From Klebsiella phage 150049: a DNA stretch of 64,000 nucleotides. A model generated the notes under the pieces. That model did not search any database, was not told the DNA's origin, and was given only the letters and a program-made list of their open reading frames with translations. Below, piece after piece: positions 1 through 9,133 of the stretch. Location: sequence record OP045498.1; one strand, written 5' to 3'. A program made the translations under genes and the position numbers. Within the stretch, counting starts at the first letter, position 1; every line of letters begins with the position of its first letter.

Positions 1-159
1 CATGAAAGGAAGAACTTGTGAAATGTGGAAATCTTGAACTGTCCAACCAGCTTCTTGATACATAATGTTAATGATTGCACAACTTAACATAAAAGCTGGT
101 AAAATTATAAAATACTCCCAAATGGATTGGGAGAGCTTAGAACTAAGAAGTCTTAGCAT
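1..159 (-). CDS. membrane protein, 3' portion runs off left edge of window (start ATG 159..157)
   Basis: hydrophobic translation MLRLLSSKLSQSIWEYFIILPAFML... continues past position 1; GGAG upstream. Confidence 0.35.
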   Translation of the reverse strand, partial: MLRLLSSKLSQSIWEYFIILPAFMLSCAIINIMYQEAGWTVQDFHISQVLPFM

Positions 160-258
160 TGTTTTTAAGTCTCCGTATTACTTTGGCCTGCTCAACGATT
201 ATGAAAACGGCAACCACTAAACCGAAGATTAGGATTGCCGTAACAGTTGTTAAATCAA

Positions 259-591
259 TCAAGGTAGACGCCAAACGTAATGGGCTGTCCAAAGTGTTTC
301 TGGTTCATCGTCATGATGCATCACTAAGGACTCTGGAGAATAACTATTAGCTAGTTCTTTACGAACCATCTCACGTTCTTCACCAGTTTCAATATTTTTA
401 ACAATCACTTTCATATTAAGAGGAGTTAACTCAGAAAGCGGTCGCCATAAGTCTTCCAGATCTGTTTTAGTTTTATTCTGGATAGATTGAAGGACTTCTA
501 GTGTCTGGGGGTCTACGTTAATAAACCCACGTTCAGTAACAAAACCTAGAAACTCGTCCAGCAGGGTTAATTCACTAAAATTAAGCTTCAT
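259..591 (-). CDS. hypothetical protein (110 aa)
   Basis: ORF track; in leftward operon, tight packing with neighbours. Confidence 0.6.
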   Translation of the reverse strand: MKLNFSELTLLDEFLGFVTERGFINVDPQTLEVLQSIQNKTKTDLEDLWRPLSELTPLNMKVIVKNIETGEEREMVRKELANSYSPESLVMHHDDEPETLWTAHYVWRLP

Positions 592-826
592 CTTTCAGAA
601 TGTCCTCGATCAGGTCAGAAGATTGCTGTAGTTCGTCTACAATGCGTTTTACGTCAGTTTTTGTCACTTTACCTGCCAACATCGTGAACAACATAGCAAC
701 AATGATGATAGGAACTGGCAGAACAAATAGTGCTACTTTACCAACGTTCTTTGGAGTCCAGGTGTGATACTTAGTAACCAGAACACCAATAATAACCAGA
801 TAAAAAGCTAAGATAATTAACATCAT
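581..826 (-). CDS. small membrane protein (81 aa, 2 TM segments)
   Basis: ORF track; hydrophobic stretches; overlaps neighbours by a few nt. Confidence 0.55.
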   Translation of the reverse strand: MMLIILAFYLVIIGVLVTKYHTWTPKNVGKVALFVLPVPIIIVAMLFTMLAGKVTKTDVKRIVDELQQSSDLIEDILKDEA

Positions 827-1104
827 TTCTTAATCTCCGTGATTACCTGAGCGCGCAGGACTTTAATAGGAAGTTTAGTGTTACCAACAAGAGCTTCAAC
901 ATTCTTTAGCTTTTCTTTAAGAAGATCTGAACGTCTTTGCGTGTCTTCGATATCTTTTTCAGCAGCTATATATTTTTCCCAAAGCGCATTATTGGTGGCC
1001 TTCATTGCTTCCATATTTTTATTAGCATTAAGAATGCCAATGATTCCACCAATTGCTGCTAAAGTCGTGAGAACCAGCAATCCAATTAAAATTTCTGTAA
1101 TCAT
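823..1104 (-). CDS. membrane-anchored coiled-coil protein (93 aa)
   Basis: ORF track; N-terminal TM then charged helix. Confidence 0.55.
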   Translation of the reverse strand: MITEILIGLLVLTTLAAIGGIIGILNANKNMEAMKATNNALWEKYIAAEKDIEDTQRRSDLLKEKLKNVEALVGNTKLPIKVLRAQVITEIKK

Positions 1105-1499
1105 TTAAATACTCCGTTGCCACATTCAATATATGGGCTTATAGTTCTATAAAACGTGATTTTTTCTAAAGATTGGTCTATTGATTTACAAAATCTTTTG
1201 GCCTCTTCAATTTGATGCTTTATTTCTTCCAAGTCTTTCATAACGTGTGCATCTTTTACTTCAGCACCGGAATATTTTGAGAGAGCTATATCAAACTCTG
1301 CTTGATTAAGCACAAGGTTTGCTTCTGCGAGCATTTTATTACGTTTTGCTTGTTCTTTGATTTCCGGGCTAATGTACACTTGTTCAAGAGCTTCTTTCTT
1401 CTCATGCTGATTAAGCATGAAGTCACTAACACCGAGTGTGATAGCTAGAGAGACTAGGGCATTCAGCCCTAGTACAAGTAAGAATTTTCCATTAGTCAT
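1101..1499 (-). CDS. membrane-anchored protein (132 aa)
   Basis: ORF track; N-terminal TM LLVLGLNALVSLAITLGV. Confidence 0.55.
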   Translation of the reverse strand: MTNGKFLLVLGLNALVSLAITLGVSDFMLNQHEKKEALEQVYISPEIKEQAKRNKMLAEANLVLNQAEFDIALSKYSGAEVKDAHVMKDLEEIKHQIEEAKRFCKSIDQSLEKITFYRTISPYIECGNGVFK

Positions 1500-1768
1500 T
1501 ATTTCTTACCTTTCAGTTGCTTAACTTCACGCTCAAAAGATGCTGCACGACGTTCGGCAGTTGCTTGATGCTCTTTCGCAAAACGTGCTTCCTGTTTTGC
1601 GAGGTTGAATGCCATAGCATTCTTGTTCAGAGAATCGTACATCTTTTTCATTGCCGGAATAGACATCTTCATGAGCTGACCTTCAAAACCCTGCATATCG
1701 AGGAGAATTGCCAGAACGTTAGCCATTTCAGTTTTAGTCATGTTTTCCATTAGAATTTCCTCTCTCAT
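1499..1768 (-). CDS. hypothetical protein (89 aa)
   Basis: ORF track; immediately downstream of consensus promoter/RBS block. Confidence 0.6.
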   Translation of the reverse strand: MREEILMENMTKTEMANVLAILLDMQGFEGQLMKMSIPAMKKMYDSLNKNAMAFNLAKQEARFAKEHQATAERRAASFEREVKQLKGKK

Positions 1769-1775
1769 TAATTTA

Positions 1776-1811
1776 TGAACTTATTATACAGAATTTTAAA
1801 GCTAAAAGCAA
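1776..1811 (-). promoter_or_regulatory. T5-type sigma70 early promoter (-35 TTGCTT, 17 nt, -10 TATAAT)
   Basis: -10 at 1783..1788, -35 at 1806..1811 (reverse strand); followed by ATAAATTxAxGAGAGG leader. Confidence 0.7.
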
Positions 1812-1828
1812 CTGAATTTTTTATTTAC

Positions 1829-2260
1829 TTACCAATCGTTAACGAAACCTGAGAACTCAGAAGCAAATACTAACTCAAATTTCTCAGCAATTTCAGGATG
1901 ATCCTTACAGATCAGTTCAATGCACTTCTCAGGTTCCATACCATCTTCTTCAGGATCACCGTAATACTTGTCCCAAAGATCATCAGGAATAACTTGCTCA
2001 GCTAGATCTTGGAAGTTCACTAACTGATAGCGTGGAGTATCCTCATTAATAAAGATCTCATGCAATTCCTCAGATACTTCTCCTTTATAATCGGAAATTA
2101 GCAGAGCATTGCAAGCAAAACATTCCCACATCATCAAACGCTCAGAAATCGGGTTCGATTTGTCTTGAACATAGGACTGAAAGACTGCCTTAAAAGTAGC
2201 TTTAACTTGCTCAAACTTATCTGCTGTTGCGATTAAAAGTGCTTTATCAATCTTTTGCAT
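1829..2260 (-). CDS. hypothetical protein (143 aa)
   Basis: ORF track; follows promoter block. Confidence 0.6.
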   Translation of the reverse strand: MQKIDKALLIATADKFEQVKATFKAVFQSYVQDKSNPISERLMMWECFACNALLISDYKGEVSEELHEIFINEDTPRYQLVNFQDLAEQVIPDDLWDKYYGDPEEDGMEPEKCIELICKDHPEIAEKFELVFASEFSGFVNDW

Positions 2261-2283
2261 TTTGATTCCTTCTCATCAATTTA

Positions 2284-2319
2284 TAAAGTAATTATACAGA
2301 AAACTAAGCATTTTAGCAA
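2284..2319 (-). promoter_or_regulatory. T5-type early promoter (-35 TTGCTA, -10 TATAAT)
   Basis: -10 2291..2296, -35 2314..2319. Confidence 0.7.
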
Positions 2320-2327
2320 CTGAATTT

Positions 2328-2411
2328 TTATAATAAAAGGCCTAAGCCTAGGCCTATAAAGAAAGAGATAAGAACTACTATCCCTATTGCTATAAATATC
2401 TCACGAGCCAT
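2328..2411 (-). CDS. micro-ORF, 27-aa hydrophobic peptide MAREIFIAIGIVVLISFFIGLGLGLLL
   Basis: ATG 2411..2409, stop 2328; C-terminus encoded by the terminator hairpin. Confidence 0.25.
   Translation of the reverse strand: MAREIFIAIGIVVLISFFIGLGLGLLL
2338..2355 (-). terminator. rho-independent terminator hairpin AGGCCTAAGCCTAGGCCT followed by T-run on minus strand
   Basis: 7-bp stem, 4-nt loop; RC followed by TTTTATTATAAAAATT. Confidence 0.5.
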
Positions 2412-2421
2412 GCCATCAAAA

Positions 2422-3012
2422 TCAAACATTGATATCTCCCCTCAATACCGCTACCACATCTTCATCGATTTGGAGTACTTCACCAGTAGTGCAGTTAACC
2501 ACTTTATCATAGCTTGTGAACTTGCCAGACACAATATCCTCTAAAGGAATAGGAGTCTTGCTCATCTCAAAAGAGACGTTGATATAACGTGGGTCACGCA
2601 CAGAATTGGTGTGCACATGTCCGTGAATGTTCAGCTTACCACGAAGTTCCTCTGGGTGTAAAGGACAGTGAGACAGCCAGAACTTCTTGCCACCACCTGT
2701 TTGCTTACCTAGAGCCTGAATATCGTCATAAACGTCTACAAGATCTTTAATACGTAGACCCTGACGCTCTGCATCGTGGTTTCCCATAATTAGCTGGTTA
2801 GGCACGTTGTGGATAACCGACTTCAACTTGGCCAACCCTTCTCGCCCCACGGCACTATCTCCTAGCAGCACAAGTTTTGTACGCTTGCCAATGTGCTTGG
2901 ACAAAGTATCTAGGATATACTCATCGTGCTCTTTCATGTTCTTAAACCAGGGGCGAAAACGAAGAATCCCTGGGTGGTCTAAGTGGAGTTCACTCCAGAA
3001 TTTAACTTTCAT
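2422..3012 (-). CDS. calcineurin-like metallophosphoesterase (196 aa)
   Basis: motifs LLGDSAVG, GNHD, GHVH typical of metallophosphatases. Confidence 0.6.
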   Translation of the reverse strand: MKVKFWSELHLDHPGILRFRPWFKNMKEHDEYILDTLSKHIGKRTKLVLLGDSAVGREGLAKLKSVIHNVPNQLIMGNHDAERQGLRIKDLVDVYDDIQALGKQTGGGKKFWLSHCPLHPEELRGKLNIHGHVHTNSVRDPRYINVSFEMSKTPIPLEDIVSGKFTSYDKVVNCTTGEVLQIDEDVVAVLRGDINV

Positions 3013-3218
3013 TATTTATCCCTTACACATGTGGATGTAATAGTATAACTATCGTAGAATATACCTTTTGTGAGTCCAATTTGAATACTGGAATAATCTA
3101 GCTCACCTCCAGCTACATCACATAAGTGTTTTGTATCTTCTGCAGTAAATCTCATATTATCATCGTAGGAATCACATCCAGCTAGTATTAGTACTGATAA
3201 TAGTAGTAATCTCTTCAT
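3012..3218 (-). CDS. small lipoprotein (68 aa)
   Basis: lipobox LILAGC after hydrophobic leader. Confidence 0.5.
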   Translation of the reverse strand: MKRLLLLSVLILAGCDSYDDNMRFTAEDTKHLCDVAGGELDYSSIQIGLTKGIFYDSYTITSTCVRDK

Positions 3219-3586
3219 TACAGAACTTCCTCCGCATATTTATTCCAACCCTGACAATAACTACTAATACCACGAAGTTTGAATATTTCATCATAAACCT
3301 CATGGTGCTCTTTCGCTTCTTGATATCCTTTGTCAAGTTCTTCCTGTCGTGCTTGCTCAAAACCAACACGATTCTCTAGCATTTTCCAGACTTCTTCGTA
3401 CTCTGGCCAATCATGCTCTACCACGACGGTTTTGAGATCTTCTTTACCACGTTGTGCTCGACTATACCATAGTTTGGACAAGATATGTTCCAAAGTGGTA
3501 AAGTTACTTTGAGTGATATGCCCTAATTCTAGGGCTTTCTCAATATCAGACAGCTTTATAACTACATAACGTTCTTCACGTTCCAT
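3218..3586 (-). CDS. hypothetical protein (122 aa)
   Basis: ORF track. Confidence 0.55.
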   Translation of the reverse strand: MEREERYVVIKLSDIEKALELGHITQSNFTTLEHILSKLWYSRAQRGKEDLKTVVVEHDWPEYEEVWKMLENRVGFEQARQEELDKGYQEAKEHHEVYDEIFKLRGISSYCQGWNKYAEEVL

Positions 3587-4464
3587 TATAGAATCCTCTG
3601 TACACCACAGCTATCATCTTTGTCAGTGGTAAATGTCATAATCTTACCAGCTTCATCATTAACTTGCGCAACCGTCAACTGCCCGTTGAAAACACCGCCA
3701 GTATCGAGATAAACACGGTTCTTGTACAGAATTGGGTAAGGAACACCAGTGTGTCCGTGGAATACGAAATCCACACTCTCAACTTCTGGTACTTCCACAG
3801 TCAATTCATCTTTAAATCCTGCATAACGCTGGAAGTATGGATGCTCCGCACCTTGTTTAGACAGATGAAAACCAATTTCTTGAATTACATCACGATCCCA
3901 TAGATACGGCTCAATGTAATAGCTAGGATGATCATTAGGATCATTTTCACTTGCAGCGATATGATCAATAATATCATCCCAATTAGGTGTATGTACATCG
4001 AATCCAGCATCTTTATACTGAAACGGTATTCCGCCATGAACAACACCGTATTTCTTGCCACGATGGAGTACGGTCATGAATACAGGCATTTTAGCTGCCA
4101 TATCTTCTGCGATACCTTTAATTGTATCGGTATCCAGATCATTCATTGCCCACATTCCACCATTATACATCCAGTTGGTATAATCCCCGGCAATCATAAA
4201 CTGATCATGGTTGCCACGAACGCTACGGAAGCGTGGGTTATATAAGAATTTGGCTAGAACCTGTAAGTTCTGCGGGCCACGGTCAATTAAGTCGCCAACA
4301 CAGACAACATAGTCACGCTTTTCTTTATATCCTGCTAGTTTAAGAGCATCTTCCAGCATATCATTACAGCCGTGAATATCTCCTACGAAGAACAGGTTAA
4401 CATCGTCTGGTACTACTAACATTTCGTGCAGGTTAAATTCTTTTTTCATTATCGAGTCATCCAA
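3586..4464 (-). CDS. serine/threonine protein phosphatase, PPP family (292 aa)
   Basis: GDIHG, GDLIDRG, GNHD, HGG motifs. Confidence 0.75.
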   Translation of the reverse strand: MDDSIMKKEFNLHEMLVVPDDVNLFFVGDIHGCNDMLEDALKLAGYKEKRDYVVCVGDLIDRGPQNLQVLAKFLYNPRFRSVRGNHDQFMIAGDYTNWMYNGGMWAMNDLDTDTIKGIAEDMAAKMPVFMTVLHRGKKYGVVHGGIPFQYKDAGFDVHTPNWDDIIDHIAASENDPNDHPSYYIEPYLWDRDVIQEIGFHLSKQGAEHPYFQRYAGFKDELTVEVPEVESVDFVFHGHTGVPYPILYKNRVYLDTGGVFNGQLTVAQVNDEAGKIMTFTTDKDDSCGVQRIL

Positions 4465-4829
4465 TTAGTGTGTTTTTCAGCTTCTGTATCATTTGGCTCA
4501 AAGACAACGTGACAGTCTACTACTTCCCAGAAAGATTGACGGATGATAGCATTTTGTTCTGCAATATCCAATCCTTCCCATTCTTCAAGTGTTTCTAGAT
4601 CTGTATCAACTTCGGTATCACAGCCCACCAGCCCCAAAGTAACAACAATAGTAACACGGCCTTCACGTTCTTCGGGATAAACTTCAGCATATTCCCAAGC
4701 AGCCTGTTCAACATAGTATTCTTGCTCCGATTTAGACAAAGAGTTATACTTTTCTTCTGTGATTCCCATCTCTACAGCACGAGTACCACAGACCACGTTG
4801 TTATGTATTATAAGATATGCGTAATTCAA
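4449..4829 (-). CDS. hypothetical protein (126 aa)
   Basis: ORF track; follows promoter. Confidence 0.55.
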   Translation of the reverse strand: MNYAYLIIHNNVVCGTRAVEMGITEEKYNSLSKSEQEYYVEQAAWEYAEVYPEEREGRVTIVVTLGLVGCDTEVDTDLETLEEWEGLDIAEQNAIIRQSFWEVVDCHVVFEPNDTEAEKHTNWMTR

Positions 4830-4853
4830 TGTGATACTCCCCTCATCAATTTA

Positions 4854-4889
4854 TACATATATTATATCAAAATTTTTAGCAGAAAGCAA
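4854..4889 (-). promoter_or_regulatory. T5-type early promoter
   Basis: -10 4861..4866 TATAAT, -35 4884..4889 TTGCTT. Confidence 0.7.
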
Positions 4890-4892
4890 GTA

Positions 4893-4922
4893 ATAAAAAA
4901 CCCAGATCAGCTAAGATCTGGG
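4893..4922 (-). terminator. rho-independent terminator (CCCAGATC..GATCTGGG plus TTTTTTATT)
   Basis: 8-bp stem hairpin then T-run on minus strand, downstream of 4932..5222. Confidence 0.6.
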
Positions 4923-4931
4923 TTAGATTTA

Positions 4932-5222
4932 TTAATCTTCTGGATTATCTTCCAGGAAGTTTTTGATTGCGTCATGCATAGTTTCTTTACGAAGTTGACG
5001 ACCAATCAGAATGTGGTTGGCTTCCACACGACCATTAGGGAGACGATCTGCTAGAACTACTACAGGAACCTGACGAACGCCAAATTTCTGCATAAGTTCT
5101 GTGTTATCAGTCTCTTTATGAACTTCTAGACTGTAGTCCTGTACTACTTTATCGAATACAGGCTCGAAAAGTTTACAAGGATTGCAGGTAGATCCCTTCA
5201 GTAGATATACTAATTTACTCAT
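4932..5222 (-). CDS. thioredoxin/glutaredoxin-like protein (96 aa)
   Basis: CNPC redox motif near N-terminus; size typical of Trx fold. Confidence 0.6.
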   Translation of the reverse strand: MSKLVYLLKGSTCNPCKLFEPVFDKVVQDYSLEVHKETDNTELMQKFGVRQVPVVVLADRLPNGRVEANHILIGRQLRKETMHDAIKNFLEDNPED

Positions 5223-5625
5223 GTTTATTAATGGCCTCCAAAAATGCCTTCATCACTTTAACAGTTGCAGTGCTAAGATCTAAGGTAGCACCTAAGCACT
5301 CAGATACAGCAGCCTGATAAGGGGCTTTTAGCCTGCCTTCCGGTACTTGTACTTTCTTATAGGTTTTCTTCTTGACTTTATCCAGCATCGTTTCAAGAAC
5401 ATTGAGAGGCAACTTCTGACCTTCAATATTCACGCCAAGCTCTTCCATTAGCATGGTATTTAAGTCAATACGAGTAAGTTTCTTGCCCTTGCTAGACATA
5501 CGAATTCCCGCCTTTTTCTCAAGTTTTGCACGCTCTGGTGAATCGAGGTCACGTAATGCGATGTTCAATTCATACGGAGCCATATTGTAATGGTTAGCCA
5601 TCTGAGTATAGTAACGATCTGACAT
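5215..5625 (-). CDS. hypothetical protein (136 aa)
   Basis: ORF track. Confidence 0.55.
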   Translation of the reverse strand: MSDRYYTQMANHYNMAPYELNIALRDLDSPERAKLEKKAGIRMSSKGKKLTRIDLNTMLMEELGVNIEGQKLPLNVLETMLDKVKKKTYKKVQVPEGRLKAPYQAAVSECLGATLDLSTATVKVMKAFLEAINKHE

Positions 5626-5651
5626 TTGTGAAACTCCTCTGATTCAATTTA

Positions 5652-5687
5652 TACAAATATTATATAAAAATTTCAGCGGAAAGTCAA
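5652..5687 (-). promoter_or_regulatory. T5-type early promoter (-35 TTGACT)
   Basis: -10 5659..5664, -35 5682..5687. Confidence 0.65.
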
Positions 5688-5700
5688 CTACTTTTTTATA

Positions 5701-6117
5701 TTAATGTGCTTGATGTGGGAATCTCTTCCTAACTAAGTACATAGTTATTGGATATATTGAATACATAAGTATAGGGGAGAAAAGGGTGAAATAAGCCGTG
5801 ACTCCCCCAGCTAACATCAGTGGTATCAATGCTAGAGTAAGGGCCATAAGAATCATACCGAATGAGACAGCCAGGGCTACTGTGATGCAGTTCTCTAACT
5901 CCATCCAAAGCCAACAATATTTCGTATTCCTCTGGCAGTTGCATTTGCAAACGCCGAATGTGCCCATAATTATATACTCTAGCCCATGAACGACTTTCTT
6001 TAATGTATCATTTTGGGTAACTAGTGCGACAACAGTGAGAATTATCATTAATATGAAAACTACTAGGCTTATTTTCCATATTCCTAGTAATATCATGGTG
6101 AATAGTTCTGCAAACAT
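5701..6117 (-). CDS. multi-pass membrane protein (138 aa), downstream of endolysin, possibly lysis-associated
   Basis: four hydrophobic segments. Confidence 0.5.
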   Translation of the reverse strand: MFAELFTMILLGIWKISLVVFILMIILTVVALVTQNDTLKKVVHGLEYIIMGTFGVCKCNCQRNTKYCWLWMELENCITVALAVSFGMILMALTLALIPLMLAGGVTAYFTLFSPILMYSIYPITMYLVRKRFPHQAH

Positions 6118-6192
6118 GGCTTTCTCCTATCATTAAGTTTTTAAAGCCCCCTTTGCTTTAAAAGGCGGGAATTACCCCGCCTTGATTTATTA

Positions 6193-6606
6193 TCAGACTA
6201 ATTCTACGTGACCACCGTCGTAAGTACCACGATCGATCTCATCATGATAATCACCAGAACTATTCCAGTCGGCACCAAAACGAAGTTTGACACCAAGTTC
6301 CTTACCAGCTTGTTCAAAAGCCTTCTTAACAGCCCAAAATGCTTCCAGATCTTTCCAATCAATCTTACCATTAATATATGGTGCAAAATCGATAGCGTCT
6401 CCCGTTACATGTTTACTCTTGCTAGGGTCTTTCAAAAATGAAGTACCATTAGCAATGTTTTGGGCACTTTGTGCTACTGTACGAATACCTTGTACGATTG
6501 TGAAATCATACGGAGATAGTTCTAAAGCCCTACGAGCTACCTTTTGTAGCTCGGGCTTAACAGTTGCTAATTGTTTTTCGCTATTTTTACCAAATTTAAA
6601 ACTCAT
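6193..6606 (-). CDS. lys: endolysin, L-alanyl-D-glutamate peptidase (M15-like, 137 aa)
   Basis: 137 aa, HVTGDAIDF and DGGHVE zinc-peptidase motifs; matches T5 endolysin size and organisation. Confidence 0.8.
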   Translation of the reverse strand: MSFKFGKNSEKQLATVKPELQKVARRALELSPYDFTIVQGIRTVAQSAQNIANGTSFLKDPSKSKHVTGDAIDFAPYINGKIDWKDLEAFWAVKKAFEQAGKELGVKLRFGADWNSSGDYHDEIDRGTYDGGHVELV

Positions 6607-7259
6607 ATAGATCTACCTAATGATCTTTGCTGCGGTGAGCAAAGCTTTGTTAAGTACTCATTAAATTGTTCCGAGTCAGCTGTATCTACGGGTTTATCCT
6701 TCCAGGCAATACCTATGTATCCAGCATAGATATTATTTAGATTGAAATACGGACAAGTGTAGACGTAATTAAAAGTAACGTTCTTAAACGCGGGTATATT
6801 TGACCCCATATATTTATTTACTTTTACACTTAAATCCGAAGCGTAGTTAAAGCCTTCCAGGTGACGTCTATAAAGTTCAGACGTCTTGTTTACTGCTTTA
6901 TCGGCCAAGTCAGCCCTATCCAATTGCGCATTGCTTTCCCATGCAATAATGTTCGAATAATCGTTTATAGCATCGGGTTTATACTTGACTACAAAAACAG
7001 CATCCGCACCCGTCTGAGAGAAAAGGACCATGCTCTTTTCTCGTGCTACATTAGGAAAGTTATCTATCCTTTGGGTTTGAACATCCTGTAAAACCGCAGA
7101 CGTGGAGAAAGTCTTTAAAAATGACATCACCTCGCTAGTGTTACTTACAAACAAGAAAATAATGACAGCAACTAAGATAGTTAGCAGACGTTTTAGTAGC
7201 GAAGCTGGATCTTTCGCTTCTTGGAGCAGTACCGTTAATAGTTGTAGAAACTTTTCCAC
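6603..7259 (-). CDS. hol: holin (218 aa, GTG start)
   Basis: TM segment ILVAVIIFLFV; directly upstream of and overlapping endolysin; AGGAGG RBS. Confidence 0.6.
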   Translation of the reverse strand: MEKFLQLLTVLLQEAKDPASLLKRLLTILVAVIIFLFVSNTSEVMSFLKTFSTSAVLQDVQTQRIDNFPNVAREKSMVLFSQTGADAVFVVKYKPDAINDYSNIIAWESNAQLDRADLADKAVNKTSELYRRHLEGFNYASDLSVKVNKYMGSNIPAFKNVTFNYVYTCPYFNLNNIYAGYIGIAWKDKPVDTADSEQFNEYLTKLCSPQQRSLGRSI

Positions 7260-7277
7260 TTGTAACCTCCTCTAACC

Positions 7278-7313
7278 ATTACCATTATACTAATTCTAGA
7301 GGAAAATTACAAC
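7278..7313 (-). promoter_or_regulatory. sigma70 promoter of the holin-endolysin operon (-35 TTGTAA, -10 TATAAT)
   Basis: -10 7285..7290, -35 7308..7313, 17-nt spacer. Confidence 0.55.
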
Positions 7314-7371
7314 GTGTTTTTAAAGATCACTTCTGGAGCATAATTTTTTGTCGTTGTCAAGAAGAATTTTA

Positions 7372-7406
7372 GGCAAAAGAAAAGCCAGAGTCGTTAAACT
7401 CTGGCT
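7372..7406 (-). terminator. rho-independent terminator (GCCAGAG..CTCTGGC plus TTTTCTTTT)
   Basis: hairpin 7383..7406 then T-run on minus strand. Confidence 0.6.
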
Positions 7407-7415
7407 TAAAACTAC

Positions 7416-8015
7416 TTACACTTCTCCATGTTCTTCTGGATGCGGAGCTTGAGCTTTACTATATTGCTCTTTGCGATAATTCGCCAAAATTTCAATACGC
7501 TTATTGATTTCTTTGCTGTTGAGGTAGATATTCTTATTCTCTTTTACCATATCCTCGATCTCGTCAATAGAGAAGAACGGAAAGTAAACATCGAGCATCA
7601 TATCTTCTACAAACTGGTTGTAAGATTCATAGGCTTTCTTGATTTCTTGACCTTTCTCACAGAATCCGCCAGAGAACGTATGTCCCATAAGCGTAGCATG
7701 TGGATGTACAACCCAACCATGGCAAGACAGGAAGATTGTGCAGTAAGCAGAAGCACTAGGACCGAGCAGGTGTCCAATAACCGTTCCACGACAGTTAGCG
7801 ATTAGGTTAGATAGTTGTGCAGCAGTATCAACGTAACCACCAGGCCCATTAATCATCAGATTAATTTCATCATCTTCACCAGCCTGCATCAGTATCATGG
7901 ATAGGTCACGATACTCATCTGGTGAACCTAATTCTTCGTCAAAGAAAAAGGTATATTCGTTAGATTGGCGAACAGTGTGAAACAGGTTAGTCTTTTCTTC
8001 TTTCTTGTTAGTCAT
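7416..8015 (-). CDS. ClpP/S14-like serine protease homologue (199 aa)
   Basis: INGPGG..GPSASA..MGH..GG spacing resembles the ClpP catalytic Ser/His region. Confidence 0.5.
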   Translation of the reverse strand: MTNKKEEKTNLFHTVRQSNEYTFFFDEELGSPDEYRDLSMILMQAGEDDEINLMINGPGGYVDTAAQLSNLIANCRGTVIGHLLGPSASAYCTIFLSCHGWVVHPHATLMGHTFSGGFCEKGQEIKKAYESYNQFVEDMMLDVYFPFFSIDEIEDMVKENKNIYLNSKEINKRIEILANYRKEQYSKAQAPHPEEHGEV

Positions 8016-8027
8016 AGTGATCCTTAA

Positions 8028-8780
8028 TTATCCAACTAGTGGTTCTAGCTCTAAGTCACAGAAGTGGTACACGTCGGTACGAAGTGCATCAAGTCCGTTG
8101 AAGGTATTCTCAAATTTATGAGAAATGTATTTTTCAGGAATACCGCTTTCAGACGGATGATCTGTCTCGATGCGATACTTATTAGTAATACCAGATTCAA
8201 CCTTAATAAGCATGGAATCCATATCTAGAGTATTGGTTTCCATGATTAGCTCTCCCTCATTGGGGAAACGCACATCGGTAACGATTGCGACGTCTGGGTC
8301 GTCTTTATCGATGGATTGCTCCAGAATTATGAGCCAAATGCGTTCATGCACCAGCTGCCTTCCTAACTCAGTACCTACAAGCTGTAGCATTTTTCTTGGG
8401 GAGATAAATACGCTATACAGCGCATCATCAGCTTGCCCAATTAACTGCTGAGGATCAAGGTATTTTCCTTCAAAAATCGGCCAAACGTACGAGAAGTCCT
8501 CAAACTTATCGATACCATACTTAAACCATACGTCTCTAGCTCGCTCCAATTGAGATTGTGTGACCGTAAACCATTGGTCAATCTCTTTTCCCCTGCGCTC
8601 TCCCAGAAACTCTGGAGTTACCCCGAGGATTACGGATGCAAGTTCGTAAACGGGTTTAGCAAAACTGTAACGACGGGATAAACACGTTGGGAACGTGTCA
8701 TTACACCAGTCAATCATTAATTCTGCAACGGTATCTTTTCCCGCACCAGCCTCACCATGTAAACCGACTAATACTGACAT
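8028..8780 (-). CDS. dnk: deoxynucleoside monophosphate kinase (250 aa)
   Basis: P-loop GEAGAGKDT at N-terminus; 250 aa as in T5 dNMP kinase. Confidence 0.75.
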   Translation of the reverse strand: MSVLVGLHGEAGAGKDTVAELMIDWCNDTFPTCLSRRYSFAKPVYELASVILGVTPEFLGERRGKEIDQWFTVTQSQLERARDVWFKYGIDKFEDFSYVWPIFEGKYLDPQQLIGQADDALYSVFISPRKMLQLVGTELGRQLVHERIWLIILEQSIDKDDPDVAIVTDVRFPNEGELIMETNTLDMDSMLIKVESGITNKYRIETDHPSESGIPEKYISHKFENTFNGLDALRTDVYHFCDLELEPLVG

Positions 8781-9133
8781 TAATCTTTCCTATTTGTAAT
8801 GGGTGGATAGTAAACTAAGCAACGTTTTTCTTGTAAATCTTGACGATAGAAGCAAACCATACCGGTCAGTCGTGAAATGTAAGAGTAAACTGCTTCCTCG
8901 CATTTTGCTTTTGCATTCCAATCTTTGTAAGGTACAACAACTACTACGCCATCTTCACCATTTGTAGCTAATTTCTTTTCGAATTTGAAATCAAAGCTAC
9001 ACGGCTGAAGTCCTTTAGGCCAGTCAACATGAGCTTGCTTTAACTCATGAGATGGCTCTGGTTTTATTTCTTCTGCACAGCCTGTGATTGTGATTGCGGC
9101 TGCGAGCAGTACTCCAAGTTTCCAGTTAAACAT
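8780..9133 (-). CDS. lipoprotein (117 aa)
   Basis: signal peptide plus ITGC lipobox. Confidence 0.5.
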   Translation of the reverse strand: MFNWKLGVLLAAAITITGCAEEIKPEPSHELKQAHVDWPKGLQPCSFDFKFEKKLATNGEDGVVVVVPYKDWNAKAKCEEAVYSYISRLTGMVCFYRQDLQEKRCLVYYPPITNRKD

